A stretch of 64,000 nucleotides of DNA from Raja brachyura (GCA_963514005.1 OY740788.1:54746001-54810000), one strand, 5' to 3'. Counted from the stretch's first letter, positions 1-13,129 are shown. Translations and numbers: made by a program. The notes: generated from the letters alone by a model not told the origin.

Positions 1-184
1 TGACAATATTTACTGTTGAACGCTTTAGTTATATGCTCTTATCTTGCTCTGGAGGTCCGGTGGACGCATAACGTCCAATATTGATTATAAAACACTTACA
101 GCGCAGGCAGATTGACGGCAATGTACATTCCCTTCGTACCTGTTCGCACTTCCAGATGTGTAAACTCTCGGTGACTTTTACATT

Positions 185-199
185 TCCGCCACCCACTGA
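185..199 (-). promoter_or_regulatory. Putative CTCF site
   Basis: Minus strand TCAGTGGGTGGCGGA, a reasonable match to the CTCF core. Confidence 0.3.
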
Positions 200-730
200 A
201 CCGATCATTTTGTGTGAAATCGAAGTATGTTAGATTCGGCTTAGTGTCTCTCAGAAAGCTACTAAACCCAGTTACCGGGATCCCACTGAACATCCAATCG
301 GACGCAACGCTTCACCGTTCGATTTTTTCACGAAATTATAAAATAAATTATAAACCCCTTCGTTTAAGCTACCTTTCACCACTCACATGTTCACCATTCA
401 TCACCTTTTAATTAGACGTTCTGCCCCTTAAATCTTATATCTTATCTGCATTCGGGTCCACGTATTAACCTATTTATATATGTTTTAATAATATTTGAAT
501 CTATGAAGATAATTCATCTTTACAAAACTGTGTTTACGGTATCCGCTACCGAAAAACGTTTATTCCGATCTCAGAGGAAATTGCGAATGGAGCGAGGCGA
601 GCACAGTTCCGCAGTTAATGTAGCTCCGAAATTGCCAAAGATTATGCACTTAATCTGTACTTCATTTACCTTGCATCCCGTCGCAGGTATTGTGTCCTTC
701 CTAACACATCCAAAGAAGGGTCTTTTTTCA

Positions 731-800
731 CATTGAATGGCGGTGCTGGCTCGAAGGGCCGAATGCCCTACTCCTGCACCAATTGTCTATTGTCTATTGA
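731..800 (+). mobile_element. CR1 3' tail (short); similar tails at 4250-4320, 6730-6850, 7190-7342, 11083-11190, 60017-60183
   Basis: TTGAATGGCGGTGCTGGCTCGAAGGGCCGAATG.CCTACTCCTGCACC plus an octamer-like tail. Confidence 0.8.
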
Positions 801-2635
801 CATGTGATTTCGCAAACTACAAACTCGTTTATTTTTTTTTAATTTACTTATACTAATGACACTAATTTATTTGGGAATATTCGCTGTGCACTTGGGGTGG
901 GATAATAAGTTGTGTGAGACATTACTCCGATTGTTCTTGAGTGCTTGTGCATACATCCGTTTGAATGTCGTCGTCGTTGTGTCCAGTTTTACATCCTCTA
1001 AATGCCCCGTATTACCGTCAATCAAAAAAAGATTACGGCTATGAACATGGTGACAGATCGGCCTGCATCCGTATTGTTCCGCAACAGCAAAAAAAAGATA
1101 AAATAAGTTATCTCGAATAATACATTCACCGCGGATGCATTATAGATTAGTATCTATTTGAAGCAAGCGGTGGAAGGGTAGCTGTCGTAAACTGTCGATA
1201 TTAACGAACCGCCTTTTCTGGAACAGGCCTGATTAAAGTGTAATTTTTGTTTAAGTAACTATGTCAATCACGTGTATAGCTCCTTTCTCACAAGATGAAC
1301 CTCGTTACCCGCGTAATATCCTCGCGGAGAGTACATAAGTGTGCATTTAACACATAAGTGCCACGTTAACTATCCTTGCGTTTTTTTCCCCCAGAGTCTT
1401 CCGTTTTATAGCCATCTAGAATGACGGGAGTAAAATCTCCACTTGTTTTATATGTAATGAGTATTCTTTATGGGAACACTTATATGGCTCCTTTCTGTGT
1501 AACACCACCCCCTGTCATGTCTGAGACCTGTGTAGTGATACCTGTGTGTACAATAAATTACCATTGAATCAGTGAATCATCATTGAGTCACGTCTGAACC
1601 AAGTCCAGCTATTTTTTTTATTTCTTCCAAATAAATGAGACTAAAGGGGATACATCATGGCGACCCTTTGGCCTGAAAGAGAACACAATGAGTTTAGTTT
1701 AGTTTATTATCACGTGTACCGAGGTACAGTGAAAAGCTTTGAATTATAATGTATCCTACTGACTAAGAAATACCAAGGGCTTTAATCAAAGACTATCGGT
1801 GGTTAGATGTGACATATGATTATGATATCTGGTATATATCAAGTCCCGTATTTCATGCCATATGCACACGTACGGTGAAAGTTCAGGTGCAATGACAATC
1901 TTGCTTGTAGCAGCATCGCAGGCACATGGACTAAAATATAAGTTGTGAACTTACATGTACTCGCAGACACATGGACGTACACTTGTAAGTTATACATGAA
2001 TTATCAAAGACAGCGAAAATAAACAGATTGGGGGGGGGGGGAATGAAACAATAGTGCAAAAACACAATTGAAGAACAAATCTCTGATAGTGCAAGGGGTG
2101 TCTGTTATGCACCGTTGCCAAGGTATGATTATGGTTGTGCAGGTCGGTAAAGAGCCAGGTGGTTGAAGTAAAGTAGCTGTTCCTGAACCTGGCGGTGTGG
2201 GACTTAAGCATCTGTACCTCCTGCCCGGTGGTAGCAGCGAAAAAATGCTCATTTTCATCATCGATCATTTTCATAATCGATGATGAAAATAATTATTTGA
2301 TAGGGTGTTCACATGCTGCGGTTAAAATCTGGAACGCCTATGTTCTTTTTAATGTAAGTGTGGATATTTCTCACGTCTTTATGATTCACATTTATTCCAA
2401 TACTATAAAATGTCCTTGGAAAATTGCAAATAGGTGCAAAGCAATTTACGTGAAAATTAAATAATGTTTCCTTCTGAATGTTAATTTATATCGCAATATT
2501 TTCATTGCAGACTAAAACATATCTGCGGCAAATGAAACAGCATTTGCATAAATCTAATGGCAATTAATACAAATTATCACGATTTTGACCGAAGCCCCCG
2601 CCTGCCTTCGTTTTACTGTGAACTGAGATCGCGGA

Positions 2636-2636
2636 C

Positions 2637-2690
<54 letters not shown>
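2636..2690. repeat. (CTGT)n(CT)n microsatellite
   Basis: Seen directly. Confidence 0.95.
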
Positions 2691-3251
2691 CCTGCATTTC
2701 CCTGTTTGCCATTCGTGTTTCCTGATGTTTAACTTCCTGCTTTGGCCAGGGTCATGTAAAACGGGACACGGGTGAATTTCCTGGTTGGTTTTGGTCGAGA
2801 GACACGCTCATCGGAACCGTTCTCCACTCCAGGACACGGCCCAACCTTAATCGGAATTTCAGGCGATGATTTATTCTTGTTTCTCTCTAAACATTGTGAA
2901 GCAATTTAGTTACAAATGGTGCGGACTCAGAAGCAATGTGCTTTGGGATTAACAGATTATAGATTTGGTGCACCCGGCCTGGTTAGGAATGCGTGCAAGG
3001 GAACTCATTCTGTGTTGTGAGCTCCCTTAAAGTTGAACAATGGGCCGGGTGTTTACTAACTGAGTACTAGACAATCGGCAATTCATTCTTGGAAATGTGT
3101 CACCAAACCCTAAAGAAAAGCTAACATGACATCTGTTTTAATGGTTTCTTGCTAATAAACTCTTATCCAATGGCGTCTTTGTTGAGACGTCAAAGATTAT
3201 TTACAGAATCACTCAGTTTCTTTAATTGTTTCCTGATTGTTCCCTTCATTC

Positions 3252-3266
3252 CCGGTAGGTGGTGCC
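3252..3266 (+). promoter_or_regulatory. Putative CTCF site
   Basis: CCGGTAGGTGGTGCC matches the CTCF core; partial upstream module GTTCC 8 nt 5'. Confidence 0.45.
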
Positions 3267-4767
3267 GAGAAACATCGCGGACATAAGGGGCGAGCGCTCC
3301 TTCACAGCGGGGGGACAGCAGAAGGACCGCTAATTGTGAAGCCGGAGGGCCAAATCGGGCGGATTAGTCTGCGGATGGAGAACTCAATCAGATTCCTCCT
3401 CTATGTTTGTGTGTCCCTCACACACACAACGCACAGTCAAAAATCAAACTTATTTGCAGATTCCAATAAAAGTTCAGGCATCCTATCTAACACCTCTACC
3501 AACAACTCATCCACAGTAACCCCAAACATTTACGGATCTGAATACATTCGTGTTTGAACCCAAAATGAACACATTCAGATTCACACAGATATCAAAACAA
3601 ATTCAGACACCAACGCTGATATGCACAACATAAACGGACTTAAATATCTATCTGTTTTGCATACAGAAACATGTTCATGCAAGTGATCACATTCTGATAC
3701 AAATAAAACTCATGGATGAATATAAATTCATAAATATAATCTCACATATGTCTGCAAATTCTTCAATACAATGTCATAATGACCATGAATGACAAGTGAT
3801 AAAGTCATACATACATTTTAATTATTCGTATTAAATTCAGACATAACATTTCACACCTGATCACAAACCTACATTTGGTTTCATATATGATCACAACCCA
3901 TGTGCGCTGCCTTTTATAGGATACGAATATATATGTAGAAACATGTATATGTAATGCAGCAAATGGACTCAAAAATGAAACTCCAATATAAATCCATATG
4001 CGCATTTTTATGATCATATGTTCCCACAGAAACTTATCGATTGTCATTTATCTTCTTATTGAACCAACACACAAGATTAGAAGTTGTTCAGCCAGGGCAT
4101 CTGCATTCAAAGGTGTCTGTCTTGCGCTTCTTGTGCTTCTTATGCATGGTGGTGGAAAGATTGGTGAAAACAGGGCCGCGACGTGAACGCTCTTTCCTTG
4201 ACCCCACTGTCATTTATTAATATAATTGAAACACAAAATGGCAATAACAATGAATGGCGGTGCTGGCTCGAATGGCCGAATTGCCTCTCCTGCACCTATT
4301 TTCTATGTTTCTATGTTTCTAACGGCACACAAATCCAAAAATCAGCCTGATATTTCCACATATAGCAATCAAAATCTGGACAAACAGGAACATGCTAATT
4401 TCTACATCACAAACTCATATAGTTGCACACATTATATATGGAAGAAATGTCATACGTTTAGATTGAAAGATACTGCACAAACATTGTTAGCTATTTAATT
4501 GACTGAAATAGTGACATGAGCAAATCAATAATTTAATCCGATAGCATGTTAGATAATATATAAAACTCGTCAAGGTATAGTTGCGAGCTCTTTGCAGCAG
4601 GGATAAATGATTGATCTGTCCTATGATCCATCTTCAGAACAATACTGAAATGGTGTGTCTTAGATTATGATGTATATTAATTTAAACCATTCATAACTGG
4701 TGCAGCTTTGATTTCTTAACTCTTCAAATGTTAAGAGTTGCCATACTTTGTTTTGGTGTCATATATT

Positions 4768-4800
4768 CCTCCCATCTGGTGAAGTGAATGTGGAAATGCA
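4768..4800 (-). promoter_or_regulatory. Putative CTCF site with upstream (ZF9-11) motif
   Basis: Minus strand TGCATTTCC-N9-TCACCAGATGGGAGG matches the core CCASYAGRKGGCRSY plus an upstream TGCAGTNCC module at canonical spacing. Confidence 0.5.
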
Positions 4801-5003
4801 TTCAAAAAGAGCAGATGAAAGCTTCTTGCTGCAAATGCTGCCTCTGATAGGCACTTTTGCCCAGTTTGATAAGATAAATGCAGTGTGGAACTGAACTGTA
4901 CAAACCAGAAGCTGATCTCAGCTGGAGCGCCAGCAGAGAACTATAAGCCCAGGCACCACTGTCCTCAGAAGGTGACAATGAAGAGCTATTAGTCTTGGTC
5001 CAG

Positions 5004-5250
5004 AAGATAGACACAAAATGCTGGAGTAACTCGGTGGGACATGCAGCATCTATGAGGAGAAATGGGTGACATTTGAGGTTGAGACCCAGATTTCTGAAGA
5101 AGGGTCTTGATCTGAAACGTCACCCATTCCTTCTCTCGAGAGATGCTGTCTGTCTGAAGAAGCATTTCGACCCGAAACGTCACCCATTCCTTCTGTCCCG
5201 AGATGATGTTTGTCCCGCTGAGTTATTCCGCATATTGTGTCTATCTTTGG
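5004..5250. mobile_element. PLE terminal-repeat element: inverted arm plus two tandem hammerhead-bearing units
   Basis: Minus-oriented arm 5004-5087, then plus-strand CTGAAGA...GAAACGTC cores at 5094-5121 and 5154-5181 (60-nt period). Confidence 0.8.
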
Positions 5251-5577
5251 TGGAAACCAGAATCACCAATTCCTTCCTACACTCTTGGTCCTGATCGGTA
5301 TCCAATGACGTCAGCAGAGCATGTTCATGTATGGATGTCAGACAGGGACAGCTCTCAGCTCACACATGACAAATGGACATTCATGACGATCAAACCCCTG
5401 TAAAAATTCCTTCAGGAAAGGATGATCATTTAAATGGAGAAAAATAACAAGAGGACCATTTTGTTTTGCAGAATAGACATGGAATTCAACATCCATTTGG
5501 TGTACCCTTTCCGCATACTACAAATGCCAAGACAAATTCTTGATTCTTCCATGCCATATTATATTTAGATAATACAA

Positions 5578-6455
5578 GTAGAAACAAAAGGAGCGCAGAT
5601 GCTGGTTACAAAATAAGGTGCAAATTGCTGAACTTGCTCAGGCAGCAAGTCAGGAGAACACATAGAGATGAAATTTTGAGTTATGACCTTTCATCAGATT
5701 GCTTTGGAGAGGGGGAAAAATAGGTGGAAGAGAAGAGGAACAGGAAAAGCCTGGCAGGCAATAGGTCAACACAGGTGAGGACGGTTATTTGATAGGCATA
5801 TTCACTGGAATTTAGAAGGATACTATAAGAAGGGTATCTTATAGAAACATATAAAATTCTTAAGGGATTAGACAGGCTAGATGCAGGAAAACATTCCCCA
5901 ATGTTGGGGGAGTCAAGAACCAGATCTCAGAGTTTAAGAATAAGGGGTAGGCCATTTAGGACTGAGATGATGAAAGCCTTTTTCGCCCAGAAAGTTGCGA
6001 ATCTGTGGAATTATCTGCCACAGAAAGCAATGGAGGCCAATTCACTGGATATTTTCAAGAGAGAGTTAAATATAACTCTTAGGGCTAACTGAATCAAGGG
6101 ACATAGGGAAAAAAGCAGGAACAGGGTACTGATTCTGGAGGATCAGCCATGATCATATTGAATGGCGGTGTTGGCTCGAATGGCCGAATGGCCTACTCCT
6201 GCACCTACTTTCTATGTTTCTATATTTCTATGTTTGACAAACAGGTGAAAGATGGTGTTGCACAAAAGTTTGAAAATTTGCAAATTGTGAAGCTAGAGGA
6301 AGGAATGTAAGTGGAATGGCAGAGGAGAAATGGGTGTGAGCCAGGTGGGACTCAGGGGAGAGCAGAGGAAGGGGAGAGAAGGAGGTGGGGTTATATAGGG
6401 GAAGAAGGGGAAGGTTATGTAGCAACCTAAAATTGGAGAATTCATTGTTCAACAC
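5578..6455 (-). mobile_element. PLE 3' fragment interrupted by a CR1 insertion
   Basis: Terminal repeat AGAAACAAAAGGAGCGCAGATGCTGG at 5580, purine-rich body, and GIY-YIG end (NNEFSNFR) near 6430-6455. Confidence 0.65.
5801..6235 (+). mobile_element. CR1 LINE (HER1-like) 3' end
   Basis: ORF2 C-terminus (GESRTR..LRIRGRPFRTE..FF.Q.V.NLWN.LPQ.A.EA.SL..FKREL) and a 3' UTR ending in (TCTATGTT)n. Confidence 0.9.
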
Positions 6456-7547
6456 ATGTAGCATTCATGATTGCTGATCATAAAACAGTTTACCTGCTTT
6501 ATTTTTGGGTCAATAAAACTCTTCATTAAAATAACTCACCCAAATGTTTTGCTAAGTGTTTGGGCGAGTCACGAAATCTGAGGGGATTTTATAGGAATAC
6601 GGGGAGAATGAAGTAGGATTCATGTAGGATTAGAGTAAAAATAGCTGCATGATAGACTCCACCTATTCAATGGTCCAAAGAGTCAGTGTCCATGCTCGAG
6701 GTTGGTTACATTAAGTTCCAGTGAAAATGTCAGGGGTTATGGGGAGGAGGCAGGAGAATGGGGTGTAGAAGATAAGGTAGATCAGCCATGATTGAATGGT
6801 GAAGTAGAACAGATGGGCTGAATGGCCCAATTTTGCTCCTATCACTTATGAAAGTAGGAATGGGGCCACTTGGTTCACTCAGTAATTTCCTGCAGAATCT
6901 CTGCACATTCAAAAGCCACTAATGATAATGCTATCTTTCTCGTTGAGCAGGTTTACAATTTTGCACTCTTGTTGCCACAATTAACTCATTATCACACTCA
7001 CACTTAATACTGTTACATACACAGATTCACTGATGTAATAACACAGGACATGAACAGAATTATTTTAGACTTTCACAGTTGCACTAAGCTTGCTTTGGTC
7101 ACTTTGTTACATCAGGACATTCTCACCCTCTCAGTCATTCTGTTCAGTAATACGTTTGCTGTTAGATTGAGCATATTTATATTGAAATATTTAAAACACT
7201 TGGACATTTGCATGGATAGGAAAGGTTTAGAGGGATATAGGCCAAATGCGGGCAAATGGGACTAAGCTAAGATGGGGCATATTGGTCAACATGGACAAAT
7301 TGGGCCAAAAGGCCTGTTTCCTTGCTATATGTCTCTATGACTCCACACTTCAGATTTTTTGCACAATCACAGTTATACTGAGCTCACCTGTATAGCTGCA
7401 ATAGCAACCTCACATACACAATGAGACCTACACATTTTATTTGCATTAGATTAATTCCAAGTTACACTGAGCTAACACACAGTTGTTCCATCTCATTCAC
7501 ACAAGTTCATTCTTATACCTTATTTACAGACTGATATACACTTGCTC

Positions 7548-7862
7548 AGTTTAGTTTAAGTTTACATTTTAAAGATACAACATGGGAAAAGGCTTTCAGC
7601 CCACTGAGTCCATGCTGACCATTGATCATTCATTCACACTAGTCCTGTTATCCCATTTTCTCATTCACACTACATATTAAGGGAAACTTTGTTATAGGAC
7701 AATTAGCCAACAAACCTATGCATCATATGGATATTGGAGGACTGGAGCACCCGGAGGAAATCCACGTGGTCACAGGGAGAACATGCAAACTCCACACAAA
7801 CAACACCCGAAGTCAGGAAGAAACCTAAATTTCTGGCATTATGAGGCAGCAACTCTACCAGT
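7548..7862 (-). mobile_element. V-SINE (HE1-like)
   Basis: Minus strand: tRNA-like head, V-domain GTGTGGAGTTTGCATGTTCTCCCTGTGACCACGTGGATTTCCTCCGGGTGCTCC, CR1-type tail. Confidence 0.85.
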
Positions 7863-7869
7863 TTTGGGC

Positions 7870-9815
7870 AAGTAAAGAACAAATGCGTTCTAAGTAGAGA
7901 AGTAAGCAAAATGGAAATGTATTCATAAAGACATTTGGTATGATGGAGGTGTGAAATAATTATGTCAAAATTCAGCAAGAATAAAGATACTTCTAGAGTC
8001 TCAATGAAGAAAGATGAAATTCAGATTCAGGATGTGCAAACAAATTGATTTAAAAAAAAGATAGTAACAGATTGGCGAGCTCCATTTGAAGTGGATAAAT
8101 CAAGTGGGAGGCATCCATGTTGCTGTGGAAAGGGTGGGCAATGTACAGGCCCTGGCCATAATCTTCCAAAACATCTGCAAATCCAAGGGTAGAAATTGTA
8201 AAATTACACATATTACATGATTACTGAAAAAAAAGTATAATGACAATTTCAGTAACGAGAGGCCAATTTGTCTAACAATGATGGTGGAGAAAATTCTAAA
8301 AACAATGGACAGGGAAGAATTAACTGTCAGTTGGGCAAGTGTGGATTAAAGAGAGAAACCCTGCAAAGATTTGCTAAGCCAAACCTTGTCTAGCACATGC
8401 TCTGCAACTGAATCCTCAACTTCCTAACCCATTGATCACAATAAGTGAGGAGAGATGGCAAAACTTCCTCTATTTTAATTGTCAACACCAGTGCCCCACA
8501 AAGAGGAGTTCTCAGCTCCTAACAATACTCCCTATACACTAATGACTGGGCAGTCAAATTTTGCTCTAACTTCATTGACAAGTGTGCACTGTAATGAAGC
8601 AGATCTAGAACAATGCCAAGACAGAATAAAGGAAGGGGAGTTGGTTGCATCTTTTTTAATGAAGTGATAGATGGGGGCAACAAGGAAAATGTAGCTGATA
8701 TGATATATATAATCTTCCAAAATCCACGGTAATGTGCCACACAACTTCTCATCAAGGTTGAGATTCATGCAATAATAAATACTCATGAGGTATAGATAGA
8801 AAGGGTGCTAAGCAACCAGATACAGAGTAGTTCAGAAATAATTATTTTAGATTGGATGGCAGTACACACAGTTGAGATTCCCAGCAGAGTAATAGGATCA
8901 ATGCTTTTCTTAATATATATTAATGATATGCACATGGTACAAATGAAGGCATACTGAACTGTGAGGAGCATAATTATAGTCTACAAAGAGATCAATGCAA
9001 ATCAATAAACGGCATGCTGGAAATCCAAAATGAAAATAGAAAATGCTGGTCATGTTGTATGTGTGGAATTTACACGCTCTCTGTTGAGTTCCTCCAGCTT
9101 TGCGTTTTGCACAAGAATGCAGAAGTCATGAAAACTGGTCAAATTCTTTGACCATTATAAGTGTTGGTTACGAAAATGGCTAAAAAGGTGTCTGGGATTC
9201 TGGGCTTTGTAGATAGAGAGGCTAAGTTCAAGACCATGATGATTTTTTAAAAAACATTGGTTCTGCTACAACGAGAGTATTGGATTCCATTTTGGATGCC
9301 ACATTTTAGGTAAGATATGAAGGCTCTGGATAGGGTGCAGAGGGGATTTATCATAATAATTCTAGCTAGGCGATGCTTCAGATTTTTAGATAGACAGGAG
9401 AACATGGGGAGGGGGGGGGGTTCTTTGAGCAGAAGACATTGCGAGAGATCTGTTGAAGGTATCCAAAATCAAGGGTAGAAACAGGGTAAATAGAGGGAAA
9501 CATCTCCCATTGGCAAACCAGTTAAGAGCTAGAGAACGCAGCATGAAGAAGATTGATAAATGAACCAAAATTAACCTGAGGAAAAGTTTATTATTACATG
9601 GCAAGTGGTTAGAGTCTGGAATTCAGATGTGATGTACAGTAATAGAAGCAACTTCAATTGTAATGTTTGAATAAAAGCTGGTTACGTATCTGAACGGAAA
9701 TAATTTTCAGGGTTGTGGGGACAGAGTGGGAATGGAACTAGCGCATTGCCCTTACATAAAACCAGTGTAGCCCAGTTAAACTGAGTTGTCCCCTTCAGTA
9801 CTATGACTATTCTGT
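7870..9815 (+). mobile_element. Old, degraded CR1 LINE ORF2/3' remnants (with small nested fragments)
   Basis: Recognisable RT and C-terminal pieces and a 3' UTR-like end near 9780-9815; many stops. Confidence 0.6.
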
Positions 9816-10504
9816 GAGTTATTTGAAACTCATTGAATGCTCCTGTAATACCAAGCTCATGTATAAACTGTCACACTGAGGTTATTCACACATTGTTACA
9901 TGGAATTGATTTACATTTACATCATGTTTATCTACGTACTCATGGCCACAGTGAGCTTAATGTGTTAAACAACAGGAAAGTAAAATTACGGTAAAACAGA
10001 GCATTCGCTGACAGATACACAAGAGTAATTTGCAGTTACATGGATCTTAGTTACTCTCTCAGTGTCGCTCCTGTGAACTTGTTCTACTCTCTTTCCCAAT
10101 TCTGAAGAAGTGTTCCAAACCTGAAATATTAACCACTTTGATTTTAAATACAACTCTCACCCAAGGTGAGAATGAGTTTATTCAATGTACTCACAGTTTT
10201 GCTCATTCACATACTCACATTTGAACTCTCATCATCACGTTGAGTCCATCTATGCATGGAGTCAAACAGAACTCTTTTGTGAATTCAAGACCATGCTAAT
10301 TTCATTTACACATTCATACTCAAATTGATTTAATTTGAGCACTTGGTGTCACTCTGTGATTCTTGGAGTCATAGAGTCATACAGCATGAAAAAGTGCCCT
10401 TCGGCCCAATTTGCTCACGCCAACCAAGATGCCCCATCTACACTAGTCCCACCTGTAATTATGTAAATATAATGAGGTCAATCAACTCCAAGGCAGATGT
10501 TTAT

Positions 10505-10865
10505 GAGTAGGAGGATTCGAGGGAATGAGCTATAGACAGAGGTTGAGCAGGCTATGGCTTTATCCCTTGGAGCGCAGGATGATGAGGAGTGATCTTATAA
10601 AGGTATACAAAATCATGAGAGGATTAGATCGGGTAAGCACACAGAGTCTTTTGCCCAGGCTAGAGGAATTGAAAACCATGGGAAATAGATTTAAGGTAAG
10701 AGGGGGAGATTTAATGGGAATCAAAAGGGTAACTTTTTTACATAAAGGTTGGTGGGTGTATGGAGGAAGCTGCCAGAGGTGGTAGTTGAGGCAGGGACTA
10801 TTGTAATGTTTAAGAAACATTTAGACAGGAACATGAATAGGACAGGATTAGAGCGAGAGGGGCCA
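10505..10865 (+). mobile_element. CR1 LINE 3' fragment
   Basis: MSYRQRLSRLWLYPLERRMMRSDLIKVYKIMRGLDRV, the CR1 ORF2 C-terminus. Confidence 0.85.
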
Positions 10866-12719
10866 TTTTCACAACTTTCGCAGTTTCATGGGGCTAGCTT
10901 CCAAACTTAATTCACGCACTCACTGCTAAGCCGAGCTCATTTCATGAAGTCACACTTGTCTAAGTTACATCAAGCTCTTCATGTTTCCTGTTGCACAGAG
11001 CTGGGTTAGACATTCAATATCTCGGAGTCCCCGTCTGACACTCGAGCAAAGCCACTCAGACTTTGTCTACACAAAGTTAAACGAGGAGAAGGCAGGAGAA
11101 TGGAGTTGAGAGGGAAAAATAGATCAGCCATGATTTAATGGCGGTAGATTCGATGGCCCTAATGCTGCTCCTATGTCCCATAGTCTTATAGTTACAGTGC
11201 TTGTGGCATTTTAAATTCAGTTATATTAGGTTCATGTACACAACAGTTCAGTGATCACAAACTCATAGTTACAATGAGCATTCATTCCTCCGCACACGGA
11301 GCTCTTTTTACGCACTGCTACACAGACCACTTTACGCCTACACACATCCCATGTATACAAAACACAAAACTGACTCAGATGTTATCAACTGAACTCACTC
11401 GCACACTAGTGATCACACACTAGTTTAGGTTAGCCTCGTTTAGTTTATTGTCACGAGTACCAATGTACAATGTAAGCCATTTGTTTCACGCTAATCAGCC
11501 AGCCCAAAGACTATACGTGATTACAAACGATCCATCCACAGTGCCCAGTAAAGGGAAGAACGTTTAGTGCAAGATAAAGTCCAGAAAAGTCTGAATAAAG
11601 ATAGCCCATTTAAGTCATTTATACTCTACATTTTCACTCAGCCACGTGTTTACACACATAAATACAGTCCTCATTCACACACTCACATGTCCACACCAAC
11701 ACTAAGTCAATTTACACGAAAGTCAGATGGAGCTCCTTCATACACGCACTGCACACGGCACTTCCTCATCCGGTCACTCTGAACTCATTTACACACTGCA
11801 CTGTCACAGTCACCATTGGACTTAGTTATACTCCAAGACACGCGGATTCCATCTGCATTTAAACTGGCCTGAATCACATGCTCACTGTTTTAGCGAGCCC
11901 ATTCAACCATTGACACACTGAACTCATTTGCACATTCAGAGTCACACAGATAGATATACCACACACCCAGTTTCACCAAACGTATTAATGAGCTTATTCA
12001 CACTCACTTGCCTTTCATTAATTTGCACGACATCACAGTTAACACGAAATGTAATCTCAGCTGCAGGAAACTATTTTCTCACAGTTACACCAAGCTTATT
12101 AAATGAAGTCGGCTCATATGTACGCATTCCCAACTGCATTGCGGTTGACACATCCACAGACTGCATTTGATACATTCGTTCATAAACGTTGTTGCTTTCA
12201 AATCCACTGCTCTCATTCTCACAAGCGTCCATGCATCATTACACGATGACTCACACATAGTCCCATACAGACCGCGATCATTGACTCCCAGTGAAGCAAT
12301 TGAATCATGGCACAAACTCAGTATAAATTTCGTCTTGTGGGACTGCGGCAGACACTTCCAATGGTTTAGACAATATTCATGTCAACGATCAAATTGGTTC
12401 GGATAGGTGGACGGAAAAGAAGTGGAGTGGGGGACATGGTAACAGCGGCAGAAGAACATAACTGGTTGGCGCTGGGCGAACCAAAACCCAGTCTCATTTT
12501 AACTCGAGCGCTGGGCTCGGTGGGGCAGTGGATAAATGAAATTCCTTGAAGGAAATATTGACACAAAGCTTGGCCCCGGAGTCACTTCCAAAGGTAGATA
12601 ACACTGGTATCTATCTGGTTTATTTTGCACACGTTCAGTTTTGATATAAAGCGCAAAATACTTTGAACGTTTGCTTATAAAACGTGTGCTTCCACGCAAA
12701 CTGGAACGGGACTGGTTTA

Positions 12720-12860
12720 GAAGCATTGAAACATACAAAATAGGTGCAGAGGGAGGCCATTCTGCCCTTCGAGCCAACACCGCCATTCATTGTGATCATG
12801 GCTGAACGTTCCCTATCAATAACCGGTGTCTGCCTTCTCCCCATATCCCTTGACTCCACT
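12720..12860 (-). mobile_element. CR1 3' tail; other minus-strand tails at 10363-10455, 32721-32880, 58535-58700, 63755-63835
   Basis: Reverse complement of the CR1 3' UTR (GCCCTTCGAGCC..CACCGCCATTCA.TGTGATCATGGCTG). Confidence 0.8.
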
Positions 12861-13129
12861 GGTTTCTCTGGGGGCCCACTAACAATCCCAACTCCTTGCA
12901 AATCTTCTCACTTAGGTCTTGATTGCCAGAGAGGTTAAGATGTGGATTTCTTCATAAACCTCGTACTAACTCAGTGCCAGCTCAATCGACAAGGTCGGCA
13001 AACATTAGCAGGGGATACTAGAGGCCCTCGTAGACACCAACCGGACTTGTCTATCCATATCCTATCAATCACGCAGCCTCTCAACCCAGGAAATAACTGG
13101 CACTAAATATCCCTTGTTGAGAAGATGAG

